Shown in pieces: positions 1 to 10,143 of a DNA stretch of 64,000 bases. The DNA is from Blastocatellia bacterium (GTDB taxonomy: Bacteria > Acidobacteriota > Blastocatellia > UBA7656). Position 1 is the stretch's first letter. Each line of letters starts with the position of its first letter. The notes under the pieces were generated by a model, which saw only the letters and a program-made list of their open reading frames with translations, made no database searches and was not told the origin of the DNA. Location: contig DATFWY010000003.1 in NCBI GenBank assembly GCA_035258805.1, positions 18,839 through 82,838 on the forward strand. The letters are read 5' to 3'. The translations under genes were made by a program, and so were the position numbers.

Positions 1-870
1 TCTCCATCCCAAAACATAAAAGTCAGACTCGAGGGTCCGGAAGGGGAAATAATCCGTGACAGCTTCACTGATTCCACCGGTAGTTTCGAAGTGCGCAGTC
101 TCAGCACCGGAAGATACACGATTGTGGTTCCAACTGATGATCGCACGTATGCCACTACTGCCGAGCACATAGAGATTACCCGCTATTCCCCAGACACTGT
201 ATCCATAAGCGTGAACCTCAACGCACTGGAAGAACGCAAGTCTGTTAAGTCGAGTCGGCATACCGTGTCCGTTCGGGAAGCCGACAACTCGATTCCAAAA
301 AAAGCTCGTGAGGCTTACAAGCGTTCCGTCGACCTTTCCAGGCGGGGTAAGACACGAGAAGCGATCGAAGAGTTGAAGCGCGCCATCGCGGTCTACCCCG
401 AATATGTTCACGCGTACAACGACCTGGGGGTCGCGTATATCAAGCTTGACCTGATTGACGATGCAATTAAGGCTCTGGAGAAGTCCATCTCGCTCGATCC
501 GCGAGCTCTCAATCCGCGGCTGAATCTTGGAATCGCTAATGTGCGGATACGAGACTATGCGAGGGCGGAACAACCACTTCGAGAAGCGCTCACAATCGAC
601 GAAACCGCACCGCTTGTGCATCTCTATCTTGGGATCACGTTTTGGAAGACCGACCGTTTTAGTGAGGCAGAAAACGAATTCGCGCGAGCTCTGTCGCTCG
701 GCGGTAGCGAAATAGCAATAGCGCACTACTATCTTGGACAGCTCTATGCAGAGAGAGACAGGATTGAAGAGGCTGTTGCGGAACTTGAGGCTTATATAAA
801 GCAAAAACCTGCCTCCGAAGATGCGCAACAAGCGCGTCAGAAGATAGCGGAACTACGCTCTCGAAAATGA
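1..870 (+). CDS. 5'-truncated CarboxypepD_reg-like domain + TPR repeat protein. The frame is open back to nt 1 and reads ...IKVRLEGPEGEIIRDSFTDSTGSFEVRSLSTGRYTIVV before the annotated GTG at 91.
   Basis: The frame is open from position 1 and the stop is at 868-870. The N-terminal segment looks like a carboxypeptidase-regulatory-like beta-sandwich. TPR-like helical repeats follow (AIAVYPEYVHAYNDLGVAY, LDPRALNPRLNLGIA, AHYYLGQLYAE). Confidence 0.6.
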   Translation, partial: SPSQNIKVRLEGPEGEIIRDSFTDSTGSFEVRSLSTGRYTIVVPTDDRTYATTAEHIEITRYSPDTVSISVNLNALEERKSVKSSRHTVSVREADNSIPKKAREAYKRSVDLSRRGKTREAIEELKRAIAVYPEYVHAYNDLGVAYIKLDLIDDAIKALEKSISLDPRALNPRLNLGIANVRIRDYARAEQPLREALTIDETAPLVHLYLGITFWKTDRFSEAENEFARALSLGGSEIAIAHYYLGQLYAERDRIEEAVAELEAYIKQKPASEDAQQARQKIAELRSRK

Positions 871-883
871 AAGAGCTCAGAAG

Positions 884-1028
884 TACCGTAGACTGTCTGG
901 TCTGCGGAAGACGTATCGTAGACTGTCTAGTCTGCGGAAGACGTACCGCAGACTGTCTAGTCTGCGGCGCTCGTCGTCTAATCCAGTCAAAGGCATTGTC
1001 TTCACCTCCGCAGACTAGACAGTCTACG
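884..1028. repeat. Palindromic repeat family A, copy 1. Three direct ~30-bp units (GTAYCGYAGACTGTCTRGTCTGCGGAAGAC) are followed, after a ~40-bp spacer, by one inverted copy (CCGCAGACTAGACAGTCTACG).
   Basis: Read directly from the sequence. It sits in the gap between the TPR gene stop (870) and the TonB receptor stop (1102), which are convergent. It could act as a bidirectional terminator. Confidence 0.8.
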
Positions 1029-1101
1029 CTACACTAGAACAGAGAGGCAGGCCCAAGCCCGCCTCTCCGCTCTTCACATACTTTCGAGTGGCAGAGATTT
1101 C

Positions 1102-4100
1102 CTACCACCGGAATCTAACAGACAATTGAATCGTCCGAGGCAGATCGGTTCCCGCCGGATCACCAAGTCCCTGAAGCGACGGTCCAAAGATCGGCGTCAA
1201 AACATCGCGGCTCACGCGGCCGCTCTGTAGATCCTGAATCTTCAGAATCCGCCCATCCAACCCGACATACTGGCCTGTATGGGCATTGAGGCAAACGCGG
1301 CAATTGGGATCCGCGGAAGGCGCCATCAGACTCAGAACATCATTGGTGTTGAACAATAAGAACAGCGGGTGGTTGAAGATGTTGAAAATGTCAGCCTTCA
1401 ACTCCAACCGCATACTTTCTCGGATTGGGAATGCCTTGATGAACGACATATCGAAACGAAAATACGGATCACCTTTTCCGGCATTTCGAACCAGGTTGCC
1501 GTTTACAAACTGGAAATCCACCAGATCGCCAGTGAACGTATCAATCGATCCGCGTGGATCAGCGTCCGCAGGCGCGAGGAAAGTGGTCTGCGGACAGGCG
1601 CATACGGCTCGACCGGCTTCACTCACATTCAGATTCGTTCCGAAAGCGGAGGCAATATTCGTAGAAATCAGAGTGCCGTCCGGCAGTACATTCGGGCGCT
1701 GTTGACTTTCGTTGCCGGCTCCGAAGAACGCCGATGTGGCGAACGGTACGTCTCCTGTCGAGACGGGGTAAGGCCTTCCCGATTGGAGCTGTCCTATAAC
1801 ACCGATCGTCCAGTTGTTGACTACATGTTTGATGTACGACGCTTGAGTGAGATTTTCGGTATCCCAGACGAACCCGAAGTTGCCTTGATGCCGAGTGTCA
1901 CTTTGAGCGAGCGCACGCTCCGCGCGAACGTTGGTCACATCGCCGGGCTCGGAAAGGCCGAAGAAATCCTCCGATGATGAGAGCTGCTTCGACAACACGT
2001 AACCACCCTGGAATTGGAAGTGATGTGAGAGTCGCTTCGTAGCGCTTGCCACCAACCCGTGATAGGCAGAGGTACGGGAGTTCTCGTTTGTGCGGACTGC
2101 GTCCAATCGTTCATCTGGTCTCTGACCGAAGTAGAAATACCCTGGGTGACGCGGATCCGCTTTGATGATTGGGAAGTTGGTGTCGCGTTCGCCAAACAAC
2201 CCGTACCCAAGCACCCCGATATAACCGACATCAAACACAAAAGTTCGACCGATCTGCCGGCTTATCGAGAAGTTGAAGTGACGAACTTCCGGATTGTGAA
2301 GGTCATTCGCTATTGGGCGTACTCGCCCGAAGAACCCGGGTCTCCGGAGCGATGCAAGGAAACTATCCGGCGGCCGATTCGGGTAGAACGCGAGCACTGA
2401 GGGTTGAGTAAATGTCGTGGTGAACAGATTCACGCCGTCGAAGTTCAGTGAATCCAACGACACATTAAGATACGCAAGCTGGGTTACTTCGGCAAAAGCA
2501 GCGCGTACGACGGTTTGGTCCGGGTTTCCGAATAGCGTGTGCAGGAAACCGTTCTCATAATGCGGGCTCCAAGCCAACCCTATTCGGGGCTGGAAGTTGT
2601 TATGGTCGGACGAGCAGGCCGGTACTATCCCGTTTCCCTGAAGACATCCGCCCTTCACATCGGACTTCACCGTGCCTCCTTTGAATGCTCCGTCTTCAAG
2701 GTCATAACGCACCCCGTAGTTCAACGTGAGGTTCGACCTTATTTTCCACGTATCCTGAACGTAGAAGCCGTAGATGTTGTCTGTGGCGTCAACCTGCGCC
2801 GGGCCAATTCCGACCTGGAACTGTGTTGGAAGGCCAGGATCGGGAGCAGGACGCGGGAAACCTTTGTAAAGACCGAAATGGAACTGGGTGAACAGAGAGA
2901 AGTACGGGAAGTGACTGATGTTGAACCCGGTCTTCACCGTATGCGCGCCGTGGGTCCAGGAAAGATTATCAATAAACTGGTAGCGATTCTGATCGGCACC
3001 CTGTGGGCAGCAGAACGCAGCTCCAACGTAAAAGTTCGCGCCTTGCTGGCCGGGTAATTCGCTCTTTGTCGGCGTCTGACTCAGAAGCCGATGCCAAAAG
3101 AAGCGTCCTTCATTCACGATATGCTGCGTCGGCGTCGAGGTCAGCGAAACATTGAGCGTGTGATCGTGAACGACCTGCGATACCAGCGATTCAGGCGCGG
3201 CAAAATTCGCGATCTGTACCAGCAAATTGTCGGTGAGATCACGTTGAACATTGAACCGCGCGGATATGCTGTGATTTGTGGAGAGCTTATGATCGACTCT
3301 TGCGGACCACAAGAGCTCCTTAGTCGGCTGGCTGAGATTTATTGAACCGCCGGGCGGAGTCAATTGCAACGGGACTGCCTGGCGGACCTGTTCATAACTA
3401 GCAAACCAGAACGTTCTGTCCTTTATGAAAGGTCCTCCCGCAGTGAACCCGCCTTCGTACTTATGGAACGGCGCTCGACGAAAGTTAGCCGGGTCGCTGG
3501 TGTTGTAAAAAAAGTTGGAAGCAGTCAAGTTCCGACCGCGGGTGTAGTAGTGGCCGTCTCCATGAAAGGCGTTTGTCCCGGACTTGGTAATCACGTTAAG
3601 GACGACGCCGCCAGACTGCCCATACTCAGCGTTGTAGCTGTTGGTCAGCACCTGGAACTCTTTCACTTCTTCAACCGAGGCTCCGAGTCCGTTGCGGGCG
3701 GAGACAACCTGATCAGAGATCGTCCCACCGTCGATGTTGACCTGAATGCCTCGATTGTTCACCGCGCCTGGGCCGATGAGATCACTCGAAACAGTCGTGA
3801 AGTCGTACTTTACGCCAGGGGCGATTCCCGCCAGACTGGCGTAATCATTTGCTACGCCGCCGATGGCATTGAAGCTTGTAGTAGTCGGAAGCGTTGCGAC
3901 TTGTTTGCTGTCGACAACACTCGAGACTTCGGTCTTTGATGTTTCAACCAGCGCCTCGGCGGCGGTTACATCCACCGTCGCTGTCGTGCCGGTGACCACA
4001 AGACCGAAATTTACGTCTCGCTGTTCGCCAACTTGCAATCTCACAGCTTTTGCTTCCGCCTTCGCGAAGCCTTGTGCTTCGACGAAGACATCGTAAACTC

Positions 4101-4329
4101 CGGGCTGCATGTTTCCGAATCTGTACAATCCTTCGGAAGTTGACTTGGTGGTTCTCTCAATGCCAGTTTCAACGTTTCTGGCCGTAACCGTAGCGTTAGA
4201 CACCACTGCGCCCTGAGGATCCAGGACGGAACCAACGATCGTTGCAGTTGCTGTTTGTGCGTAGCTGACAGCTATTGTCGAAGCGCATAGCGCAGCCACC
4301 ATAAGCACACTCATGGTTCTTTTGGCCAT
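1102..4329 (-). CDS. TonB-dependent outer-membrane receptor with an N-terminal carboxypeptidase-regulatory-like domain (Oar-like)
   Basis: Signal peptide MAKRTMSVLMVAALCASTIAVSYA begins at ATG 4329, with AAGGAG 9 nt upstream. The CarboxypepD_reg-like segment is TATIVGSVLDPQGAVVSNATVTARNVETG...GLYRF. The body is a long beta-barrel-like sequence. The C-terminus ends ...IQLSVRFRW, an aromatic terminal residue typical of TonB-dependent receptors. Confidence 0.8.
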   Translation of the reverse strand: MAKRTMSVLMVAALCASTIAVSYAQTATATIVGSVLDPQGAVVSNATVTARNVETGIERTTKSTSEGLYRFGNMQPGVYDVFVEAQGFAKAEAKAVRLQVGEQRDVNFGLVVTGTTATVDVTAAEALVETSKTEVSSVVDSKQVATLPTTTSFNAIGGVANDYASLAGIAPGVKYDFTTVSSDLIGPGAVNNRGIQVNIDGGTISDQVVSARNGLGASVEEVKEFQVLTNSYNAEYGQSGGVVLNVITKSGTNAFHGDGHYYTRGRNLTASNFFYNTSDPANFRRAPFHKYEGGFTAGGPFIKDRTFWFASYEQVRQAVPLQLTPPGGSINLSQPTKELLWSARVDHKLSTNHSISARFNVQRDLTDNLLVQIANFAAPESLVSQVVHDHTLNVSLTSTPTQHIVNEGRFFWHRLLSQTPTKSELPGQQGANFYVGAAFCCPQGADQNRYQFIDNLSWTHGAHTVKTGFNISHFPYFSLFTQFHFGLYKGFPRPAPDPGLPTQFQVGIGPAQVDATDNIYGFYVQDTWKIRSNLTLNYGVRYDLEDGAFKGGTVKSDVKGGCLQGNGIVPACSSDHNNFQPRIGLAWSPHYENGFLHTLFGNPDQTVVRAAFAEVTQLAYLNVSLDSLNFDGVNLFTTTFTQPSVLAFYPNRPPDSFLASLRRPGFFGRVRPIANDLHNPEVRHFNFSISRQIGRTFVFDVGYIGVLGYGLFGERDTNFPIIKADPRHPGYFYFGQRPDERLDAVRTNENSRTSAYHGLVASATKRLSHHFQFQGGYVLSKQLSSSEDFFGLSEPGDVTNVRAERALAQSDTRHQGNFGFVWDTENLTQASYIKHVVNNWTIGVIGQLQSGRPYPVSTGDVPFATSAFFGAGNESQQRPNVLPDGTLISTNIASAFGTNLNVSEAGRAVCACPQTTFLAPADADPRGSIDTFTGDLVDFQFVNGNLVRNAGKGDPYFRFDMSFIKAFPIRESMRLELKADIFNIFNHPLFLLFNTNDVLSLMAPSADPNCRVCLNAHTGQYVGLDGRILKIQDLQSGRVSRDVLTPIFGPSLQGLGDPAGTDLPRTIQLSVRFRW

Positions 4330-4579
4330 AGTTGCTTGCTCCTTTCTTATCAACACGGGTCGGCGTTGGTGCGGTTGACGGACTATTTTATGACGCGAGG
4401 CACACTCCTCAACTGCCTGGTGCGAATCGAAGCAACTTGGATTCCTTCAGACGCAGAATCTCTTCGCCCTCGTGTAACGTATGTTGTTCGATTACTTAAC
4501 CCTAACGACAGACTGATGCCCGCCCGGATCTTCAAAATATTGAAGCCGAATTTCTGGAAATTCGTCCGAAAACTCGTAG

Positions 4580-5005
4580 CTATTGAATGGTGTCGGACGA
4601 GGTATCAGGAACGACGATAGGTATGGGGGAAGCGTGATGATGAACCATCAACCAGCGGCCGTCTCGAAGAACGAACAGGTTGGTAGCAGCGGCAAGGGCT
4701 GAGTCGAAGCTCGACTCGTTGAATACGGTTATGTTCTCTGTGCAGGTGACCCAGGCAAAGTCATCATCGACATGGACCCAAACATCCGACGGAGTTGCTC
4801 TAAGTTTTTGACCGCTTTCAAAAATCATCTCCCAACTGTCCCGTACGCGCGTCCAGCCTGTCAACAAATCCCATCCGGGGTGAACACATCGCACCCAATC
4901 TTCGTGAGCCCAAACTTCATCCATTCGCTCGAGCATGCCGGACTCTAAAGCTCGATAGAATGCGGTGTTTGCTTGTTCGACGGATATTTTGCTGTCGACG
5001 CTCAT
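4580..5005 (-). CDS. SnoaL-like / NTF2-like fold protein (DUF4440-type)
   Basis: 141 aa. The motif pattern VEQANTAFYRALESGMLERMDEVWAHEDWVRCVHPGW...LRDGRWLMVHHHAS is typical of ketosteroid-isomerase-like NTF2 proteins. Confidence 0.5.
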   Translation of the reverse strand: MSVDSKISVEQANTAFYRALESGMLERMDEVWAHEDWVRCVHPGWDLLTGWTRVRDSWEMIFESGQKLRATPSDVWVHVDDDFAWVTCTENITVFNESSFDSALAAATNLFVLRDGRWLMVHHHASPIPIVVPDTSSDTIQ

Positions 5006-5418
5006 TGCGCGCCAAGACTATACGCAGCCCGTCCTGAATTCAAGTCAGCCATCACCCAGCGTCCCGGGTTTCCGTTCTTGTTCTAATGTGGACACATGAA
5101 GGCAAGTTAAATATAATCTGGCCACCCCTTAAAGGTTGGACTGCTTTGAGTGCGACGGAGAGTCAAAGTGGACAGCCTCAAAAAGTTCGGTTCTCGAGAT
5201 GGTGCCGTTGTTTACGGCACATCGACTTGCGAGATCCTTCAATTCACGGCCCCTAGCCAGTTTCTTCATCAAACGCCGCGTACCGAATCAGGGTCAGGCA
5301 AGCAATTGAGGCAAGTTACATCCAGGTTTTACGGCTCTCACCCGATCTGCGAAACGTACTCTGATCCTGCTCCCACGTTTAACCGCAGGCTCAATAACGC
5401 CCCAGGAAGGATCTTACG

Positions 5419-5808
5419 GTGCCGAGAAAAATACTAGTGGTGGACGATAGCGACGACACTCGAGAGATGATGGCCAAATTGCTGGAATTGGAATCGTTCA
5501 CAGTTGTCACAGCCGAGGACGGAAGCGCAGGACTCGATACCGCCGACGCAGAACGGCCAGACTTGATCATAACCGACGTAAATATGCCTAAAATGAATGG
5601 TATCGAGATGATAAAGCGGCTACGGGAACAGGATGGCTTTGCCACTGTACCGATTATGGCTATTACGGCCTACGGAAACGGCGTTGCAAAAGAAGCCCTG
5701 GAAGCCGGAGCAAATCGCGCTGCCACCAAACCGATACAGTTCAACGAGCTGGTCGTAGAAATAAACGAACTCCTCGAAACATCCAGACGCGTTACGAACC
5801 ACCCGTAG
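5419..5808 (+). CDS. Stand-alone response-regulator receiver domain (CheY-like)
   Basis: ILVVDDSDDTREMMAKLLE...DLIITDVNMPKMNGIEMIKRLRE...TKP matches the REC domain with its conserved Asp and Lys. The start is GTG, with GGAAGGA 6 nt upstream. Confidence 0.8.
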   Translation: MPRKILVVDDSDDTREMMAKLLELESFTVVTAEDGSAGLDTADAERPDLIITDVNMPKMNGIEMIKRLREQDGFATVPIMAITAYGNGVAKEALEAGANRAATKPIQFNELVVEINELLETSRRVTNHP

Positions 5809-5813
5809 ACCGC

Positions 5814-6839
5814 CTAGCTTTTCTTTGCTGGGGAAGAGAGCAGCGTGTTCAGCAGATCCATCGGCAGATTTCCGGTGATCTTCACATCTGCTTCAGAGTT
5901 CACAATGCTGACGGTCTTGAGCGCCTCTGCTATCGCTCCCATCTTTGCATCGCCGCCTAAGACGACAAGCCCCTTCACCATTGATAGCAGTCCGTTGAGC
6001 TTGTCAGCGATCGCCTTAGCGTGTTCAGCATTGTCGCTACGGAGAGTAGCGTTGAGATCAATACCAGAAGCGACGTCGATCGTTCCAAATACGAGGGAGA
6101 TAGAAGATATCTCCGGAAGAGGAAAATCGTTTGTCTTGAACCCATCGGTCATCCTGGGTGTCATCATCAGAGCGAAACGGACTGCAGCACTCGGATTCTG
6201 AGAAAGAGGCTCTGCAAGTCTGGAGTTTTGCGCCACGCTTTGAGCATCACCTGCTTTTACGTCTACAGAGGAACGAACTGACTTAGCGCTGCCGACGACC
6301 GCGGTGCTGGAATCATAAAAGACAAAGGATGTTTCATTGTTGATGGAGCGTTTAATGTCGCTCGCGCCTTGCTGTTTGTCGGACGGCTTCGTGGATACGT
6401 TCGCCTCCGGTTTCGAAGTAGCCTTATAGATGTCGAAGCCTTTGTATTTTTCCGATGTAAGGGTAATCCTGGGGTTTGTTCTCAGGCGCGCCAGCAAATC
6501 GCTCTGGTCGAATGCTCCGTTGATCGCAACTGTAGGCTCGTTGAGACCGGCTGGAGGAAAAACCAACGCCACCGTATGCAGGTCGCTCAACTTCAGACCG
6601 AGATCCGTCATTTCGGACTGTGCCTTATCGATGGCGTGCTTCACATCATTCTGAGCATTGAGAACCGTCCAAAGGCTGCTGTTTGCAATCTTCTGAAAAT
6701 CGATCAAAGCCACCGCCGTACCGTCAGGCAGAACGTCGAGCAGGGAGCCGGCAGGTTTTGTTACGCCGGCAGAACCGAGTTTCAGGCTCGCGCACAGGAT
6801 GATAATTGCCAGAGTAGTTATGGATGCTATTTTCTTCAT
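5814..6839 (-). CDS. Secreted hypothetical protein
   Basis: Signal peptide MKKIASITTLAIIILCASLKLGSAG starts at ATG 6839, with GGAAGGA 5 nt upstream. I recognise no domain. Confidence 0.5.
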   Translation of the reverse strand: MKKIASITTLAIIILCASLKLGSAGVTKPAGSLLDVLPDGTAVALIDFQKIANSSLWTVLNAQNDVKHAIDKAQSEMTDLGLKLSDLHTVALVFPPAGLNEPTVAINGAFDQSDLLARLRTNPRITLTSEKYKGFDIYKATSKPEANVSTKPSDKQQGASDIKRSINNETSFVFYDSSTAVVGSAKSVRSSVDVKAGDAQSVAQNSRLAEPLSQNPSAAVRFALMMTPRMTDGFKTNDFPLPEISSISLVFGTIDVASGIDLNATLRSDNAEHAKAIADKLNGLLSMVKGLVVLGGDAKMGAIAEALKTVSIVNSEADVKITGNLPMDLLNTLLSSPAKKS

Positions 6840-7131
6840 AAGATCCTTCCTTGCGAGTTCATACAAACAGCCAGGTTCGAACTCATTCTAAATTATATGC
6901 CGAATCGGAACCGGATTAGAACTCAAGTTTAAGCTTCACCTCATTCTTTACGGCCGGTCTATCGATTCGTGATGAGGCCCAATTACCATCGCGGCAACAG
7001 AATACGCTATCTTGCGCTCGCCACCGCAGCCTGCTTAGAATGAACTTTCGTATGCATAAACTTGTCACCGTTATAAGATACGCACCGCGTCTCCATTCGA
7101 ATGCAGTGCTCGATCAGCCCTTCTAAGGAAA

Positions 7132-9108
7132 ATGCCCAAAAAACCGCAATCGCGAAATTCGCGCGCGTCCACCCAGACAGCCGGCCGCACCGGTGTTGTC
7201 ACAAAGAATGTTTCAGAGGAGTCCACTGCTGAACCCGGAAGCGTCCCGCAATCTGCGCTTAGCTGGCGAAATATGTATGCGCTTGTTCCAGTTCTCCTTG
7301 CGCTACTTACGTCTGTAAACACGCTCTGGAATCACTTCGCTGGCGATGACCTGGAGCAAATTCTGAATAACTCGTTCATCAAGACCTTCAGCAACCTCCC
7401 TGCAGCGTTCACCAAAAGCGTATGGTCGTTCACAGCCGCAGACATAGTGTTTACTGTAGATCCTTATTTCAGACCGATGTTTAGCGGCTTGTTTACGATT
7501 AACTATGCGTTGTTCGGCAACAAGCCCTTTGGCTGGCATTTGATAAGCATTTTGACACATGGGGGAGTGACGTTCCTGGTTTTCATGGTTACCAGGGAGA
7601 TCACAGAACGAAACTGGGTAGCCGGACTAACCGCGTCTTTATTCGCCGTTCACCCTGTGCATGCTGAGTCTGTTGCGTGGATCTCGGGAATTACCGACCC
7701 GTTGATGAGTCTATTCCTTCTGCCTTCATTCCTTTTTTACCTGCGCTTTCGCAAAGGCGGTTCCTGGTATCTGCTCTTGCTTTCCCTGGGGTTCTTTTTT
7801 CTCGCGCTGCTTAGCAAAGAAACCGCGATTGCATTTCCACTGATTGTGGGATACTGCGAACTGTTCCACTTCCGGCGAGAAGATCAGATCACACGCCGGC
7901 TCGGTCGCGCAGCTCAACTCGTTGCTCTTTTCGTCGTTCCAGTGCTCCTTTATCTGGCGATGCGGTATTACGCGTTGGGCAACGTCATACTCAGCGCTCA
8001 GCCGCGTTATCCGTTAGGCCAATCGATACTGACGCTGCCGCTTGTATTATTGAAGTATCTCGGTTTGATGGCTATTCCGTGGGGATACAGCTATCAGCAC
8101 ACCATCACGTTTGTGGAGACTCCTGCAAGCATCGCGTTTCTGGCACCTTTAGCAGCGATCATCGCATTAGTCGTTTGTATTGTTTTCGTCAAATCAAGGT
8201 TGGTGACGTTAGGAGCTGTCTGGTTCCTGGCTATGCTGACACCTGCTCTTCTCGCATTGAGGGAATTCGAGCCTGCTTCTCTCTTGCAGGAAAGGTATCT
8301 CTACGCACCGTCCTTTGGTGTCTGTTTGATCATCGCCCTGGGAATTGAGTGGGTAACAGCGCGATTCGCATCCCCAGGTCGAGCAATCGGAGCAGCCTTG
8401 GCAGTTCTATTGATCCTTGTTTGGAGCGTAGTTCTAATCAGGCAGAACCGGACATGGAATGATACTGTCAGCGTGTACAGAAACTCTGTAGCGGTTGACC
8501 CCGACGCGCCTCTTGCTCATGTGCTGTTGGCGCGATCGTTGTACGATGCAGGTAGACCGCGCGAAGCGGAAGCAGAGGCGCGAACAACACTCAACATGGA
8601 CCCGCATTGCGCAACTGCATATCTGTCTCTAAGTTATTTCACTCGGGTGTCAGGGAAGCTCGATAAGGCTTGCGAGATACTCGAGGACGGCGTCTCAGCG
8701 GTACCTGAGAGTACAATGACTCGTCAGGATCTGGCGACAATGTATCTCAATCTAGGACTGCTGTACCAGCAACGGAAAATGTTCGACTTAGCGGAAGAAA
8801 AGCTTCTTCGATCAGCTCAGGTTTCTCCGCGGGCCGTGGCATGGTATTACACTGGACAGTTTTACTTCGAGCAGGGCCGCTATGATGAAGCCCGTGTCCA
8901 GTTTGAACAAACCTCAGCCGCGATACCGCGATGGTTTGCCCCGATACACCTCAGACTGGGTATGACGTACGAGGGTCTTAAAGATACGGCGCGAGCGCAG
9001 ATGGAATTAGAAAAATATCTGGAACTGGCTCCGGCCGATGCGCCGGATCGAGAAGCAACCCGAAAACATCTCCAGGACATGAGGGGTGTCCCGGCCAAAA
9101 ATAAGTAA
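7132..9108 (+). CDS. Polytopic membrane protein with an N-terminal PMT_2/DUF1736-like (TMTC-like glycosyltransferase-39-type) domain and C-terminal TPR repeats
   Basis: There are about 10 TM helices. The YFRPMFSGLFTINYALFGNKPFGWHLISILTHG and AVHPVHAESVAWISGITDPL motifs are characteristic of DUF1736/PMT-like proteins. The C-terminal ~200 aa are TPR-like (AHVLLARSLYDAGRPREAE...YYTGQFYFEQGRYDEA). Confidence 0.55.
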   Translation: MPKKPQSRNSRASTQTAGRTGVVTKNVSEESTAEPGSVPQSALSWRNMYALVPVLLALLTSVNTLWNHFAGDDLEQILNNSFIKTFSNLPAAFTKSVWSFTAADIVFTVDPYFRPMFSGLFTINYALFGNKPFGWHLISILTHGGVTFLVFMVTREITERNWVAGLTASLFAVHPVHAESVAWISGITDPLMSLFLLPSFLFYLRFRKGGSWYLLLLSLGFFFLALLSKETAIAFPLIVGYCELFHFRREDQITRRLGRAAQLVALFVVPVLLYLAMRYYALGNVILSAQPRYPLGQSILTLPLVLLKYLGLMAIPWGYSYQHTITFVETPASIAFLAPLAAIIALVVCIVFVKSRLVTLGAVWFLAMLTPALLALREFEPASLLQERYLYAPSFGVCLIIALGIEWVTARFASPGRAIGAALAVLLILVWSVVLIRQNRTWNDTVSVYRNSVAVDPDAPLAHVLLARSLYDAGRPREAEAEARTTLNMDPHCATAYLSLSYFTRVSGKLDKACEILEDGVSAVPESTMTRQDLATMYLNLGLLYQQRKMFDLAEEKLLRSAQVSPRAVAWYYTGQFYFEQGRYDEARVQFEQTSAAIPRWFAPIHLRLGMTYEGLKDTARAQMELEKYLELAPADAPDREATRKHLQDMRGVPAKNK

Positions 9109-9200
9109 CGTAACAACTCTTTCCGGGCACGTTTCGATTAGGGACCGCCCCGTTGGAATCGCATTATTATTAAGAATGGATCGAGTGAAGGAAGATTAAA

Positions 9201-10046
9201 GTGATCAAATCAGTTGCAGTAATAGGAGCGGGAACAATGGGGAGCGGTATCGCCCAGGTCGCTTCCAGAGCCGATCTCGAAGTGATCATGCACGATGTAA
9301 CTGACGAGTTCCTCAGTCGAGGTCTGGTAAACATCGATAAGAGCCTGCAACGAGATGTCGACAAGCAGCGGTTAACGTCGGATGAGAAGCAGCAGATCGT
9401 TTCACGAATCAAGCCTACGACCAAGCTCGCAGAAATTGGTTCCGTCGACTTTGTCATCGAAGCTATCACTGAGGACGCGGCTGTTAAGTCGGATATGTTC
9501 CGGCGGGTGGACGCAATCGTTCAACCCGAAGCGATCCTGGCAAGCAACACAAGCTCGATCTCAATAACAAAGCTCGCCGGTTGCACGTCGCGTCCTGATC
9601 GGTTTATCGGGATGCATTTCATGAATCCAGTCCCTGTTATGAAGCTGGTTGAAACAATTCGAGGTATCGCTACGTCCGATGCAACCTATCGGGAAACACG
9701 GAAGCTTGCTGAAGCGATGGGGAAGACCGCGGTTGAAGTAAATGATTCCCCAGGATTCGTTTCCAATCGCGTGTTGATGCCGATGATAAATGAAGCGGTG
9801 TTTGCGCTGTACGAAGGGGTCGGCTCGCCTGAGTCGATCGATAGAGTGATGAAACTTGGAATGAATCATCCGATGGGTCCCCTCGAGCTCGCGGACTTCA
9901 TCGGACTAGATGTTTGCCTCGCGATTATGAATGTGTTATATGATGGCTTTGATGATTCGAAATATCGGCCATGTCCGTTATTAAAAAAGTACGTCGATGC
10001 GGGGTGGCTCGGCCGCAAGACGGGCAAAGGGTTTTATCAATACTGA
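9201..10046 (+). CDS. hbd: 3-hydroxybutyryl-CoA / 3-hydroxyacyl-CoA dehydrogenase
   Basis: The N-terminal Rossmann motif is [16 protein letters not shown]. The family signature ...NTSSISIT...[19 protein letters not shown](V)SNRVL...[16 protein letters not shown] matches 3HCDH_N/3HCDH. Confidence 0.85.
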   Translation: MIKSVAVIGAGTMGSGIAQVASRADLEVIMHDVTDEFLSRGLVNIDKSLQRDVDKQRLTSDEKQQIVSRIKPTTKLAEIGSVDFVIEAITEDAAVKSDMFRRVDAIVQPEAILASNTSSISITKLAGCTSRPDRFIGMHFMNPVPVMKLVETIRGIATSDATYRETRKLAEAMGKTAVEVNDSPGFVSNRVLMPMINEAVFALYEGVGSPESIDRVMKLGMNHPMGPLELADFIGLDVCLAIMNVLYDGFDDSKYRPCPLLKKYVDAGWLGRKTGKGFYQY

Positions 10047-10143
10047 TAGTTTGAGATTCGAAACATGTTGGCTTGGAGTCGGCCTCTGGAGCCGATTTCA
10101 GGGAGGACATCAACATACAAAGCGAGCCTGGTAAGAAGTAAAA

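Noticed and set aside
1286-4235. Multiple 100-200-aa ORFs on the plus strand inside the TonB-dependent receptor gene (e.g. 1369..1977, 2539..3057, 3364..3939)
   Set aside because: They are antisense to a well-supported 1084-aa gene, lack RBS and motifs, and are typical shadow ORFs in GC-rich DNA. The same applies to ORFs antisense to acnA, the DUF2339-like gene and the sensor kinase.
4336-4620. 94-aa plus-strand ORF between the TonB receptor and the SnoaL-like gene
   Set aside because: It starts at TTG within the receptor's RBS/start region, has no Shine-Dalgarno sequence, and overlaps the 3' end of the 4580..5005 gene.
5006-5418. Possible riboswitch or ncRNA in the 410-bp leader of the response-regulator gene
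   Set aside because: I could not recognise any known riboswitch consensus or a stable conserved structure by eye. It is left as an unannotated leader.
6862-6880. tRNA T-arm-like GGTTCGAACTC
   Set aside because: It lies inside the N-terminal region of the 5814..6866 ORF, with no acceptor stem, D-arm or CCA context. No tRNA could be assembled anywhere in the window.
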